This document shows positions 8,893-17,231 of a stretch of 42,601 nucleotides of DNA, one piece after another. The stretch is from Bacteroidota bacterium (GTDB taxonomy: Bacteria; Bacteroidota; Bacteroidia; NS11-12g; UBA955), in contig CANFUB010000001.1 of NCBI GenBank assembly GCA_947450015.1, positions 1 through 42,601 on the forward strand, read 5' to 3'. A model generated the notes under the pieces. The model saw only the letters and a list, made by a program, of their open reading frames with translations. It did not search any database and had not been told where the DNA came from. The translations under genes were made by a program, and so were the position numbers. How positions within the stretch are numbered: position 1 is the first letter of the stretch; every line of letters starts with the position of its first letter.

Positions 8893-10119
8893 TTAGGATT
8901 CATAAGCCATTTTTAAAAACAGGGGCCAGTAATCTGGAAACGATTTCTGAACAACCGATGCCTTGTCTATGGTTATATTTTTTTCGAAAGCAAAGATACT
9001 ACATGCCATGGCAATGCGATGGTCTTCATAACTTTTAAATGCATACGAATCTGTTGAAGGAACAACAAAATCCATCAAAAGTTCATTCTCATTGATTGAA
9101 TTTAAGTTTGCACCTACTTGCAACAAATTGTAACGCATGGCCTCTATGCGATTGCTTTCTTTAAGCACTAGATTTTTAACACCCGTAAAATGGGCCTTAA
9201 TTCTCAAATAAGCACAGGTAGCAGCAATCACAGGGAACATATCGGGGGTATGGGTAAAATCAAAATGAATCTGTTTTGGCAAATTCAAATCATCGCTAAT
9301 CACACTTATACCATTGGTAATGTTGCTGGCATTGATTACAACACCTAAACTTTCATAAAAAAGTTTGGCAACTTTGTCGCCTTGCTTTGAATCGATTGAC
9401 AAAGCAGGCATTTCTATTTTACTTTTTCGCGCAGTGGCCCATGCTAAAACAAATGCGGCAGCGCTCCAATCGGCTTCGACTATTAATGGCACTGACGCCA
9501 CATAGCTTGATTTTGGCACATTGTACTGATTGGACTGTCTATTCACTGACACACCGCATACGCGCATCGCATCTAAAGTCAAATCAATGTAGGGTTGAGA
9601 ATTCAATTCGCCTGTAGAAATTATATTGAGCCCATGGTTTAAATAGGGCCCAATTAATAACAAGGCACTTAAAAACTGACTGCTCATTCCACTATCAATG
9701 GTTACGCTTTCGCAATGCAAGTCAATTCCTTTTTCTATGGTCAAGGGTAAACACCCTTCCTTTTCTAAATAAATAATTCGACAACCAAGTTGACTAAGTG
9801 CATCTACCAAAGGGGCAACAGGCCGTTTTTTAAGGCTTGCATTTCCACTTATGATAACACGTAAATCTTTTAATGCTGCGTATGCCAAAAAAAAACGCAT
9901 GGGCGTACCTGCATCTTCAAAATCGACATGACCAGTCGGATGCATCAAAGCCTTTTGCAACAATAGTGTATCATTGCTACTTGAAATATTTTGTAGGATA
10001 ATTGATTTAGCATTAGCCAATGCTTGTATGATTAAATACCGATGGCTAATACTTTTCGATGCGGGTAAATCGATCGAACCATCAAGTATGTGTTTTTTAA
10101 CTAATGGCAGTTCAAGCAT
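8893..10119 (-). CDS. aroA: 3-phosphoshikimate 1-carboxyvinyltransferase (EPSP synthase)
   Basis: EPSPS signatures: LPASKSISHRYLI, the GTPMRF-type region, LKESNRI, and DHRIAMA. I place the start at the ATG at 10119 (MLELPLV...), which overlaps the aroB stop by 8 nt. The ORF-track start at 10179 adds 20 non-conserved residues inside aroB. Confidence 0.92.
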   Translation of the reverse strand: MLELPLVKKHILDGSIDLPASKSISHRYLIIQALANAKSIILQNISSSNDTLLLQKALMHPTGHVDFEDAGTPMRFFLAYAALKDLRVIISGNASLKKRPVAPLVDALSQLGCRIIYLEKEGCLPLTIEKGIDLHCESVTIDSGMSSQFLSALLLIGPYLNHGLNIISTGELNSQPYIDLTLDAMRVCGVSVNRQSNQYNVPKSSYVASVPLIVEADWSAAAFVLAWATARKSKIEMPALSIDSKQGDKVAKLFYESLGVVINASNITNGISVISDDLNLPKQIHFDFTHTPDMFPVIAATCAYLRIKAHFTGVKNLVLKESNRIEAMRYNLLQVGANLNSINENELLMDFVVPSTDSYAFKSYEDHRIAMACSIFAFEKNITIDKASVVQKSFPDYWPLFLKMAYES

Positions 10120-11119
10120 GCAATAAAATTTTCTGAATTTCATTAAGCATGATGCCAACTTTAACTTTGCCTTTGCCAATACCGGTTGGCAATGAAAAGA
10201 TAATTTCGTGCTGACTGTTCTTTTTATCCATGCTTAACAAAGGCATTATGGCCAAAATATCCTCCGAACTTAATTCATTTTGTTGGGTATGAATGGCGAT
10301 ACAATCAATGATGATGTTTAATTCATCTTCGTTGATCATCCCAAGGGCAAAAGCAAGGCGTGTTTCTGCCATCATCCCTTTTGAAATAGCGAATCCATGC
10401 TTTATGGGCTGTTCAATATTTAAACGGTAGGTTTCGTAGGCATGTCCAATGGTATGACCGAAATTAAGCAATTGGCGTTCACCTTGATCATATAAGTCGC
10501 GTTCGGTAATCTCCCATTTGGTTTTTGCAGCAACTGGTATTAAATGTTCAATTGCATTTCCATCCTTAATCGCATTGAATAGTAATTCATTTGCAATAAC
10601 ACCGGTCTTAATCATTTCGGCAAGTCCACTTTTAATTTCTTCGGTTGCCAAGGTTTTTAAAAAATGAGGATCAATAAGAATTACTTCAGGCAAAGCAAAC
10701 GTACCTAAGTAATTTTTATGCAATTGAAAGTCGATGCCTGTTTTACCACCTATGCTTGCATCCACCATGCCTAACAATGTTGTAGGGATATTGATGAATT
10801 TAATTCCACGCATATAGGTAGCGGCGGCAAAACCGCCAATATCTGTCAGTACGCCTCCGCCTAAATTAACAATTAGGGCAGAGCGATTGGCTTTTAGATG
10901 TATTAAATTTTTTATTATGAAGGCATAGGTTTCAATTTCTTTATTGACCTCACCTGCTGGTATTACAATCAGATTATTAAAAGCACCAATAATTGGCAAA
11001 CAGTGTTTTTCAGTATTTACATCGCAAATAAAAACGAGCTGATTAACACTGTTTTCAGCACAGAAATCCTCTAAACTTTTTTTAACATTTTCGGTATAAA
11101 TTATCCGACCTTTGGTCAT
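10112..11119 (-). CDS. aroB: 3-dehydroquinate synthase
   Basis: 335 aa with NLGGGVLTDIGGFAAATYMRGI, GGKTGID and HTIGHA metal and NAD-binding motifs. Its ATG shares one base with the upstream TAA (TAATG at 11117-11121). Confidence 0.92.
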   Translation of the reverse strand: MTKGRIIYTENVKKSLEDFCAENSVNQLVFICDVNTEKHCLPIIGAFNNLIVIPAGEVNKEIETYAFIIKNLIHLKANRSALIVNLGGGVLTDIGGFAAATYMRGIKFINIPTTLLGMVDASIGGKTGIDFQLHKNYLGTFALPEVILIDPHFLKTLATEEIKSGLAEMIKTGVIANELLFNAIKDGNAIEHLIPVAAKTKWEITERDLYDQGERQLLNFGHTIGHAYETYRLNIEQPIKHGFAISKGMMAETRLAFALGMINEDELNIIIDCIAIHTQQNELSSEDILAIMPLLSMDKKNSQHEIIFSLPTGIGKGKVKVGIMLNEIQKILLHA

Positions 11120-12039
11120 TAGCCTTTTATTTTATCATAAAATAATTTGTTGGCTGGATCCATTCTAGAAAGTAATTCAACCGCCTTATTTTGTTCAGCT
11201 GTTGGTGCTTCCTTAAAGATTTCAATAAGCTCTTTATATTTTGCATTAAAGAAAACTTTCACTAGCATACTATTAGGGAAAATGCGCGCAAGTTCTTGAA
11301 ACTCTTCCAAAGATTTAAAAATTGCATCGCGCCCTTTTGTAACATCTTTATGCATAATATCCAGACCATTTAAATGGTAATCAAAAAGCGATTTCCTCAA
11401 GGGTTTATAACGTTCACTTACTAAATTATCAATTAAATAGAAACGATTTTTCAAACTTTTTCCATCATTTGGGCGCCATCCATTCATGGTTTGACTGGCA
11501 TTTAGAATCTCTCTGGCCTTTTGGTAATAGGGCGTTCCTCCATTCAGGGCATAGGTATCGTAATTCAATCCTAAAACGACATTCACATAAAAAGCAAGCA
11601 CCCCTGTTAAATTATAAACATTCGATCCAGGTTGGTATTCCATGGCTTGAAATTCCTGGTATTGAAAATCAAAATCTTCATCTAACTGATTAAAAATTAC
11701 TGTAGAATAGGTGCTGCCATATACTGGGCGGGTGGCTTGAATTTGAATACTACCCGAAAAATCATTGGAATTCAATTCATAGTTTTTTATATCAATTAAG
11801 ATATTCATTTTGAATCTTTCAATGTTGGTTACCTTATCGGCACACCATAATCTTTGATTGATAAATTGTGAGATGGAACCTTTTAAGGATTCGAAAATTT
11901 GGGTGTTAGAGATTTGAACAGTTGGATGAATAACTGTAATTGTAGCATCAATATCTTGTGCTTTTAGGGTTGAAACAAAAAAGAAAGCACCTAAAAAAAA
12001 GGTCTTACTCAATTGGGCTATAACATTTTTAGTACGCAT
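11119..12039 (-). CDS. DUF4835-family secreted protein
   Basis: 306 aa with an N-terminal signal peptide (FFLGAFFFVSTLKAQD). Both the sequence style and the position directly downstream of coaBC match the Bacteroidota DUF4835 family as I remember it. From memory, some recent annotations link this family to T9SS under the name PorD; I cannot verify that. Confidence 0.6.
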   Translation of the reverse strand: MRTKNVIAQLSKTFFLGAFFFVSTLKAQDIDATITVIHPTVQISNTQIFESLKGSISQFINQRLWCADKVTNIERFKMNILIDIKNYELNSNDFSGSIQIQATRPVYGSTYSTVIFNQLDEDFDFQYQEFQAMEYQPGSNVYNLTGVLAFYVNVVLGLNYDTYALNGGTPYYQKAREILNASQTMNGWRPNDGKSLKNRFYLIDNLVSERYKPLRKSLFDYHLNGLDIMHKDVTKGRDAIFKSLEEFQELARIFPNSMLVKVFFNAKYKELIEIFKEAPTAEQNKAVELLSRMDPANKLFYDKIKG

Positions 12040-12686
12040 TCAGCTATATCTTTGGCTACTTCGGTTTTTGACTTTAATGGAAACTCAAAAATAGCACCAT
12101 TTTTTAAAATAATTGTTATTTGATTTGTTTCGAATTGAAATCCTGCACCAGCATTGTTTAAAGTATTTAGAACGATGGCATCGGCATTTTTATTGTTTAA
12201 CTTTATTTTGGCATTCTCAAGTTCATTATTGTTTTCGAGTGCAAACCCAATAACGATTTGATTGTTTTTTTTCGAATGGCCAAGTGTTGAGAGGATATCT
12301 GGATTTTTTACTAAGCGAAGGGTTAATTCCTCCTCCTTCTTTTTAATTTTTACCTCACTGAATTCTGCGGGTCGATAATCTGCAACAGCTGCGGCCATAA
12401 TTGCAATGTCCATTTTATCAAAATAGTGAAGACAAGCATCGAACATTTGATTGGCCGATTCAACCATGGTTACTTTTACATTTGGATGGTCAATTTTAAT
12501 GTTAACCGGGCCAGAAATCAAGTAGACTTCAGCACCCATATCAGCTAAGACCTCGGCTATTGCATAGCCCATTTTACCACTTGAATAATTGCCAATAAAT
12601 CGAACTGGGTCAATTTTTTCGTAGGTGGGCCCTGCAGTGATTAAAACCCTTTTGCCAAAAAACGAAAGATTAGGTAAGGTGCTCAA
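12018..12686 (-). CDS. coaB: phosphopantothenate--cysteine ligase (the CoaB half of CoaBC, in a separate frame)
   Basis: GKRVLITAGPTYEKIDPVRFIGNYSSGKMGYAIAE and AAAVADYRP are CoaB signatures. The only start available is TTG at 12686, because this frame is closed by a TAA at 12696-12698. It overlaps the coaC ORF by 17 nt in a different frame. Confidence 0.8.
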   Translation of the reverse strand: MSTLPNLSFFGKRVLITAGPTYEKIDPVRFIGNYSSGKMGYAIAEVLADMGAEVYLISGPVNIKIDHPNVKVTMVESANQMFDACLHYFDKMDIAIMAAAVADYRPAEFSEVKIKKKEEELTLRLVKNPDILSTLGHSKKNNQIVIGFALENNNELENAKIKLNNKNADAIVLNTLNNAGAGFQFETNQITIILKNGAIFEFPLKSKTEVAKDIAECVLKML

Positions 12687-13215
12687 GTATTTTATTTAAT
12701 ATAGTTTCCGGTTCTGCTAAACGTCCTTTTCCAACCAATCCGCTTGCTAATTCTCCTTCTTCGGCTTCAATCAAATGGTTGCCATAAGCTTGTAGTAATT
12801 TAATATTGTTTTGAACTGCAGGATGTAAATGCATGTCTAAGTCCATTGCAGGTGCAAAAAACACTGGACATTTGGCAGATAGATAGGTAGCGGTTAAAAG
12901 ATTATCACAAAAACCATTGGCCATCTTTGCAATGGTATTGGCGCTAGCTGGGGCTATAATAAAGAGATCGGCCCACAACCCTAACTCAACATGGTTATTC
13001 CACTCTCCCGAATGGTTGATATAAAATTCTGATAGGACTGGATTTTTACTAAGTGTGGCGAGTGTTACTGGTGCAATAAATTCCTTCGCAGCAGAGGTCA
13101 TAATGACCTTCACTTCGGCTTGCTCCTTTATTAACAAACGCGTTAGATAGGCGGCTTTATAAGCTGCTATACTACCCGAAACGCCAAGTAAAATATGTTT
13201 ATTCTTCAGCCTCAT
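12670..13215 (-). CDS. coaC: phosphopantothenoylcysteine decarboxylase (the CoaC flavoprotein half of CoaBC)
   Basis: ILLGVSGSIAAYKA, PASANTIAKMANG and GELASG..GKGRLAEPE are CoaC signatures. I place the start at the ATG at 13215 (MRLKNKHILLG), inside the last 17 nt of rpoZ. The ORF ends at the TAA at 12670-12672, exactly at the interdomain linker. Confidence 0.8.
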   Translation of the reverse strand: MRLKNKHILLGVSGSIAAYKAAYLTRLLIKEQAEVKVIMTSAAKEFIAPVTLATLSKNPVLSEFYINHSGEWNNHVELGLWADLFIIAPASANTIAKMANGFCDNLLTATYLSAKCPVFFAPAMDLDMHLHPAVQNNIKLLQAYGNHLIEAEEGELASGLVGKGRLAEPETILNKILEHLT

Positions 13216-13522
13216 TTTCAGGCAAACGATAATAAATTTTACCGTCAATAAATTCCTGAGTAGCCACTAAGGTTGCTTTAGGGATTTTCTCGTAATACGC
13301 ACTGATTTCGATTTGCTCTCTGTTTTCATGCACTTCTTCTAAGTTATCATGGTCGGTCGCAAATTCTGAAAGTTTGCTAGACAACTCTTCTTTAACCTGC
13401 GCTGAAATTTGGTTAGCTCTTTTAGCAATTACCACAGCAGATAAATACAAATTACCAGAAATAGCTTCCAGTTCTTTTAAGTTACGTGCCTCGGCACTAG
13501 AGGATATTTTGATATCTTTCAT
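13199..13522 (-). CDS. rpoZ: DNA-directed RNA polymerase subunit omega
   Basis: 107 aa. The motif NLYLSAVVIAKRANQI matches the omega core helix, and the position between bamD and coaBC is the usual Bacteroidota synteny. Confidence 0.8.
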   Translation of the reverse strand: MKDIKISSSAEARNLKELEAISGNLYLSAVVIAKRANQISAQVKEELSSKLSEFATDHDNLEEVHENREQIEISAYYEKIPKATLVATQEFIDGKIYYRLPENEAEE

Positions 13523-13533
13523 TATTGATGATG

Positions 13534-14331
13534 TTATTTTTGTTTATGTTTGGTTAATTCTTTTGTGGCTTTTGTATTCAATTCTTCTGCCATCTTGTAG
13601 TATTTATTGGTTACTCCGTGGTTATTTGCAAATTCTTTAAATTCAACAAAAACAGCACTGTAACGTTCTTCCTTTTTATCGTCTACACTGTATTTGGCAT
13701 ACATATAGGCAGCCTTTACGATCATGTATTCAATTTCGTCTTTGTTTTCAATATCAGGAAAATCTTTGATGGTGTTTTTAAAAGATATTGAAGCAGCTCT
13801 ATAGTCTTCAATTTTATAAAACAACATGGCTGTCTCATAAGATTTTTTCTGCAAAGTCTTTCTTAACTCAGCGATTTGTTCGTTGCATAAGTCGCGGTAA
13901 ATCGTTGTTGGAAATTGATCCAGAAACAACTGCATTTCAGCAATGGCTTTCTCTGTGCTTACTTGTTCTAAATAATATGGAAGGGCATCACGGTAAAGAC
14001 AGTGCACATACATATAGCTGCATTCTTCGGAGTGTTTGCTCTTAAAATAATTTTCAGTGTAGTTTTTAAAATGGAAGGAAGCCAATTCGAATTGACCTAA
14101 ACCATAATAGCAGTAACAGTAATAGAAATAGATTTCTTCTGCTTTTTCTTTTCCTCTATAGGCCGTCAAAAGCTCTTCAAGCAATGGCAATGCCCTCACA
14201 TAGTCCTTTTTCTTATATTTCTCAATGGCCATGGCATACTTCTGATCGAGAGTACCTTTTTTAATCACCGTGGCATATTCGGTGCAGGCACTCAATAAAG
14301 TAAGGGTTAGTATGAAAATAAGGGGACGCAT
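13534..14331 (-). CDS. bamD: outer membrane protein assembly factor BamD (TPR lipoprotein)
   Basis: A lipoprotein signal with lipobox (MRPLIFILTLTLLSAC) followed by TPR-like repeats. I use the ATG at 14331. The ORF-track start at 14358 would place the putative -7 box inside the gene. Confidence 0.8.
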   Translation of the reverse strand: MRPLIFILTLTLLSACTEYATVIKKGTLDQKYAMAIEKYKKKDYVRALPLLEELLTAYRGKEKAEEIYFYYCYCYYGLGQFELASFHFKNYTENYFKSKHSEECSYMYVHCLYRDALPYYLEQVSTEKAIAEMQLFLDQFPTTIYRDLCNEQIAELRKTLQKKSYETAMLFYKIEDYRAASISFKNTIKDFPDIENKDEIEYMIVKAAYMYAKYSVDDKKEERYSAVFVEFKEFANNHGVTNKYYKMAEELNTKATKELTKHKQK

Positions 14332-14344
14332 AGCTACGAATTTG

Positions 14345-14352
14345 CAAAAATA
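14345..14352 (-). promoter_or_regulatory. putative -7 box (TATTTTTG) for the bamD operon
   Basis: The minus strand reads TATTTTTG and ends 13 nt upstream of the ATG at 14331. A TTTG lies 23 nt further upstream (14376-14379), which is long spacing. Confidence 0.4.
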
Positions 14353-14384
14353 ATACATTTATAACGATTATTTACCAAATTTTG

Positions 14385-15074
14385 TTACAATAATCCTTCA
14401 TCAGCAAAACTGAAATACTGTTTTTGGGTAATGATTAGGTGATCCATTAGGGTAATATCAAGTAATTTACCTGCAGCCCTTATTTTATTCGTTAAATCCT
14501 TGTCCTGTTCGCTGGGCGATAAATTACCTGAGGGATGGTTGTGACAAACAATAATGCCTGTTGCCATTTGATCGATTGCTAACTTGAAAATCTTTCTTGG
14601 ATCGGCCACAGTTCCTGTTATTCCACCCTCGCCTATTCTATGCTCTGCGATTACAGCGCCCGACCGAGATAGACAAAGCAACCAAAATTCTTCATGGTTT
14701 AGATCTTGAACGTGGTGTCTTAAAATTTCATAAGCATCTTTACTACTTTTAATTTTAGGTACTGCTCTCGCTTGGTTTTGTTGCCGCCTGCCTGCTAACT
14801 CAATAGCCGCAACAATTGTAATGGCTTTGGCAGGACCAATCCCATCAATCTTACAGAGATCTTTTACAGTCAATTTCGCCAACTCATCGAGACTGCGGTT
14901 AGACTTTTCAAGAATTTCTCGCGCTAAATCAATCGCACTTTTTTTGCGTGTACCAGTTGCTAATAAAATGGCTAGAAGTTCAACGTTGCTGAGCGCTCCC
15001 TTGCCTTTTAATACTAATTTCTCACGTGGCTTTTCGTCATCCGATAGGTTTTTAATTGCAATAAATTCGGCCAT
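14385..15074 (-). CDS. radC: RadC-family JAB/MPN domain protein (UPF0758)
   Basis: 229 aa. An N-terminal HhH-like region (LSNVELLAILLATG, IDGIGPAKA) is followed by a C-terminal JAMM motif (HNHPSG...S..D). Confidence 0.85.
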   Translation of the reverse strand: MAEFIAIKNLSDDEKPREKLVLKGKGALSNVELLAILLATGTRKKSAIDLAREILEKSNRSLDELAKLTVKDLCKIDGIGPAKAITIVAAIELAGRRQQNQARAVPKIKSSKDAYEILRHHVQDLNHEEFWLLCLSRSGAVIAEHRIGEGGITGTVADPRKIFKLAIDQMATGIIVCHNHPSGNLSPSEQDKDLTNKIRAAGKLLDITLMDHLIITQKQYFSFADEGLL

Positions 15075-15127
15075 TTAATTGCAAAATAATTGTTTTTATT
15101 TAAATTCAAAATGGTTTGCCCTAATAA

Positions 15128-16150
15128 TTAGGTGCCATAAGCCCTTATTTTATTAAGAACAGCGGTAAAATCTGCTGGCAACTCACTTTCGAAATGGATA
15201 AATTGTTTAGTTGATGGGTGAATGAAACCCAAGGTACGTGCATGCAAAGCTTGACGTGGCATCAGTTCAAAACAGTTTTGAATAAATTGCTCATACTTTG
15301 GCAATTTGCTGTATTTCTGAATCTTCATACCTCCATAGGATTCATCGGCAAACAATGGATGTCCAAGATGTCTCATATGGGCACGTATTTGATGGGTTCT
15401 ACCAGTTTCCAATTTACATTCAATCAATGTGCAAAATCCGAATCTTTCTAAAACAGTATAATGTGTAACAGAATGCTTTCCAACGCTTTCATCCATATAA
15501 ACGGCCATTAACTTTCTATCCTTTTGATCGCGCGCAAGATTTGCATCGATGGTTCCCTTATCTTCTTTTAAATCGCCCCAAACCAACGCATTGTAAACCC
15601 TGCTAATACTGTGATCAAAAAACTGCTTGGCCAAATAAACCAATGCATCTTCAGTCTTCGCGATTAAAATCAAACCGCTTGTATCTTTATCAATGCGGTG
15701 CACCAAGCCCGGTCGCATCTCGTCAGAGTATGCTGGCAATTGTTGAATATGGTATAACAAAGCATTGACAAGTGTTCCTGTGTAATTATTATATCCTGGG
15801 TGCACTACCATGCCCGGATTTTTATTTACCAAAATAATAGACTCATCTTCATAAGCTATTTCAATAGGTATATTTTCTGCGATAAGTTCTGGATTGCGAG
15901 GCGGATTAGGTAAAACAACGGTTATAATATCGGTTGGCTTAACTTGATAATTGCTTTTAACTTGTTTGTCGTTGACTAAAATTGTGCCCAAATCAATCGC
16001 CTTCTGCACCTTGGTGCGGGTGGCATTTTCAATCTTTTGCGTCACATATTTATCTAGACGCATCAGTCCTTGACCCTTATCAGCTATAAATCTGAAGTGT
16101 TCATATAATTCCTGATCCTCTAACAAATTTTCCTCGAATTCACTATCCAT
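15128..16150 (-). CDS. rluD: RluA/RluD-family 23S rRNA pseudouridine synthase
   Basis: An S4-like N-terminal domain (RLDKYV...) and the catalytic motif HRIDKDTSGL. GRTHQIR is also present. Confidence 0.88.
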   Translation of the reverse strand: MDSEFEENLLEDQELYEHFRFIADKGQGLMRLDKYVTQKIENATRTKVQKAIDLGTILVNDKQVKSNYQVKPTDIITVVLPNPPRNPELIAENIPIEIAYEDESIILVNKNPGMVVHPGYNNYTGTLVNALLYHIQQLPAYSDEMRPGLVHRIDKDTSGLILIAKTEDALVYLAKQFFDHSISRVYNALVWGDLKEDKGTIDANLARDQKDRKLMAVYMDESVGKHSVTHYTVLERFGFCTLIECKLETGRTHQIRAHMRHLGHPLFADESYGGMKIQKYSKLPKYEQFIQNCFELMPRQALHARTLGFIHPSTKQFIHFESELPADFTAVLNKIRAYGT

Positions 16151-16158
16151 AAAGTGTG

Positions 16159-16166
16159 CAAAGGTA
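16159..16166 (-). promoter_or_regulatory. possible -7 box (TACCTTTG) for rluD
   Basis: The minus strand reads TACCTTTG only 8 nt upstream of the rluD ATG, which would imply a nearly leaderless mRNA. This is a weak call. Confidence 0.3.
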
Positions 16167-16208
16167 GAGGGTTATTATTATTTGTAATGAAATAATCGCA
16201 ACTTTACT

Positions 16209-16216
16209 TATTTTTG
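16209..16216 (+). promoter_or_regulatory. putative -7 box (TATTTTTG) for the isomerase/FAH pair
   Basis: TATTTTTG ends 13 nt before the ATG at 16230. A TTTG at 16181-16184 lies 24 nt upstream. Confidence 0.4.
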
Positions 16217-16229
16217 CATTTAAATAATT

Positions 16230-17231
16230 ATGTCAGAAATAAAACAAATGGAAGTAATAACACACGAATTCTCATTAGAACAATTTAATTCTCAAATTCA
16301 ATTTGCCATCGCTAACTACAAGGCCCATGGCTTATCTGCTAACAGTTTCGACAACATTGTAATTGGTGGTTTAGGCGGAAGTGGTATTGGCGGAAGAATT
16401 GCTAAGGCTTATTTTGCCGATAAATCATCCTTGCCAATCGAGGTTTATAGTGATTATAATTTACCAAAATACACATCTGTAAAATCTTTGGTTATTCTTT
16501 GTTCTTACAGTGGTTCAACTGAAGAAACATTAGCTTTGTATGAGCAGGCAAAAGCCATCGGTTGTTCTATCATTTGTATATCTTCTGGGGGCGAATTGTA
16601 TCAAAATGCAACCCAAGATCAATACCCGCTCTATGTGATTGAAACAGGTTATCAGCCTAGAATGGCTTTAGGCTTTTCGTTAAGTTATTTATTGTTAATC
16701 CTTGGCGATTTATTTGGTGTTGAAACAAAAAAAGAACTTGAAAACAACCAAGCAATTTATAATAACCGTGCTGAGTATCAAAAATTAGCAATGGATATCC
16801 TAAACATTTTTGAAGGTAAAGAAAACACCAAATTTGCAGTTGTTACCGACAATGCAACTGAGGCCGTTGGCATTCGTTTTTGTCAACAAATTCAAGAAAA
16901 CGCAAAATCGGAAGCATTTGTCAATGTATTGCCAGAAGCTAATCACAATGTTTTTGAAACGTATTACGGTGAATTGCCAACCAATTTCATCTTTATCAAT
17001 AGCAACACAAATTCTCGTAACAATGGCCGTTTTGCTTATTTAAAACAATTGTTAGAGAAACAAAATAATACAGTGGTTGAAATCAATTTGAAAGATGCCT
17101 CTATTTTCGAACTTTACAAAGCCATCTATATTACCGATTGGTTTTCAATTTATTTATCAGACAAACGCGGTAGTGATAAAATGCACGTGCCAAACATCAT
17201 GGGATTGAAAAATTTTCTTAAGACCTTTTAA
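16230..17231 (+). CDS. bifunctional phosphoglucose/phosphomannose isomerase-type SIS-domain protein
   Basis: 333 aa with SIS motifs (GGLGGSGIGG, SYSGSTEET). Its length and layout match the PGI/PMI family. Confidence 0.75.
   Translation: MSEIKQMEVITHEFSLEQFNSQIQFAIANYKAHGLSANSFDNIVIGGLGGSGIGGRIAKAYFADKSSLPIEVYSDYNLPKYTSVKSLVILCSYSGSTEETLALYEQAKAIGCSIICISSGGELYQNATQDQYPLYVIETGYQPRMALGFSLSYLLLILGDLFGVETKKELENNQAIYNNRAEYQKLAMDILNIFEGKENTKFAVVTDNATEAVGIRFCQQIQENAKSEAFVNVLPEANHNVFETYYGELPTNFIFINSNTNSRNNGRFAYLKQLLEKQNNTVVEINLKDASIFELYKAIYITDWFSIYLSDKRGSDKMHVPNIMGLKNFLKTF

Noticed and set aside
10120-10179. N-terminal extensions in the ORF track for aroA (to 10179), coaC (to 13248), bamD (to 14358), pdhA (to 34580), gatC (to 30322) and the DUF721 gene (from 35643).
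   Set aside because: Internal ATG codons give the canonical conserved N-termini. The extensions overlap neighbouring genes or putative promoter boxes.
14385-15074. RadC/JAB protein as a possible marker of a mobile element or an anti-defence locus.
   Set aside because: It has the housekeeping UPF0758 layout (HhH plus JAMM) and sits between rluD and bamD. There is no integrase, phage gene or defence gene nearby.
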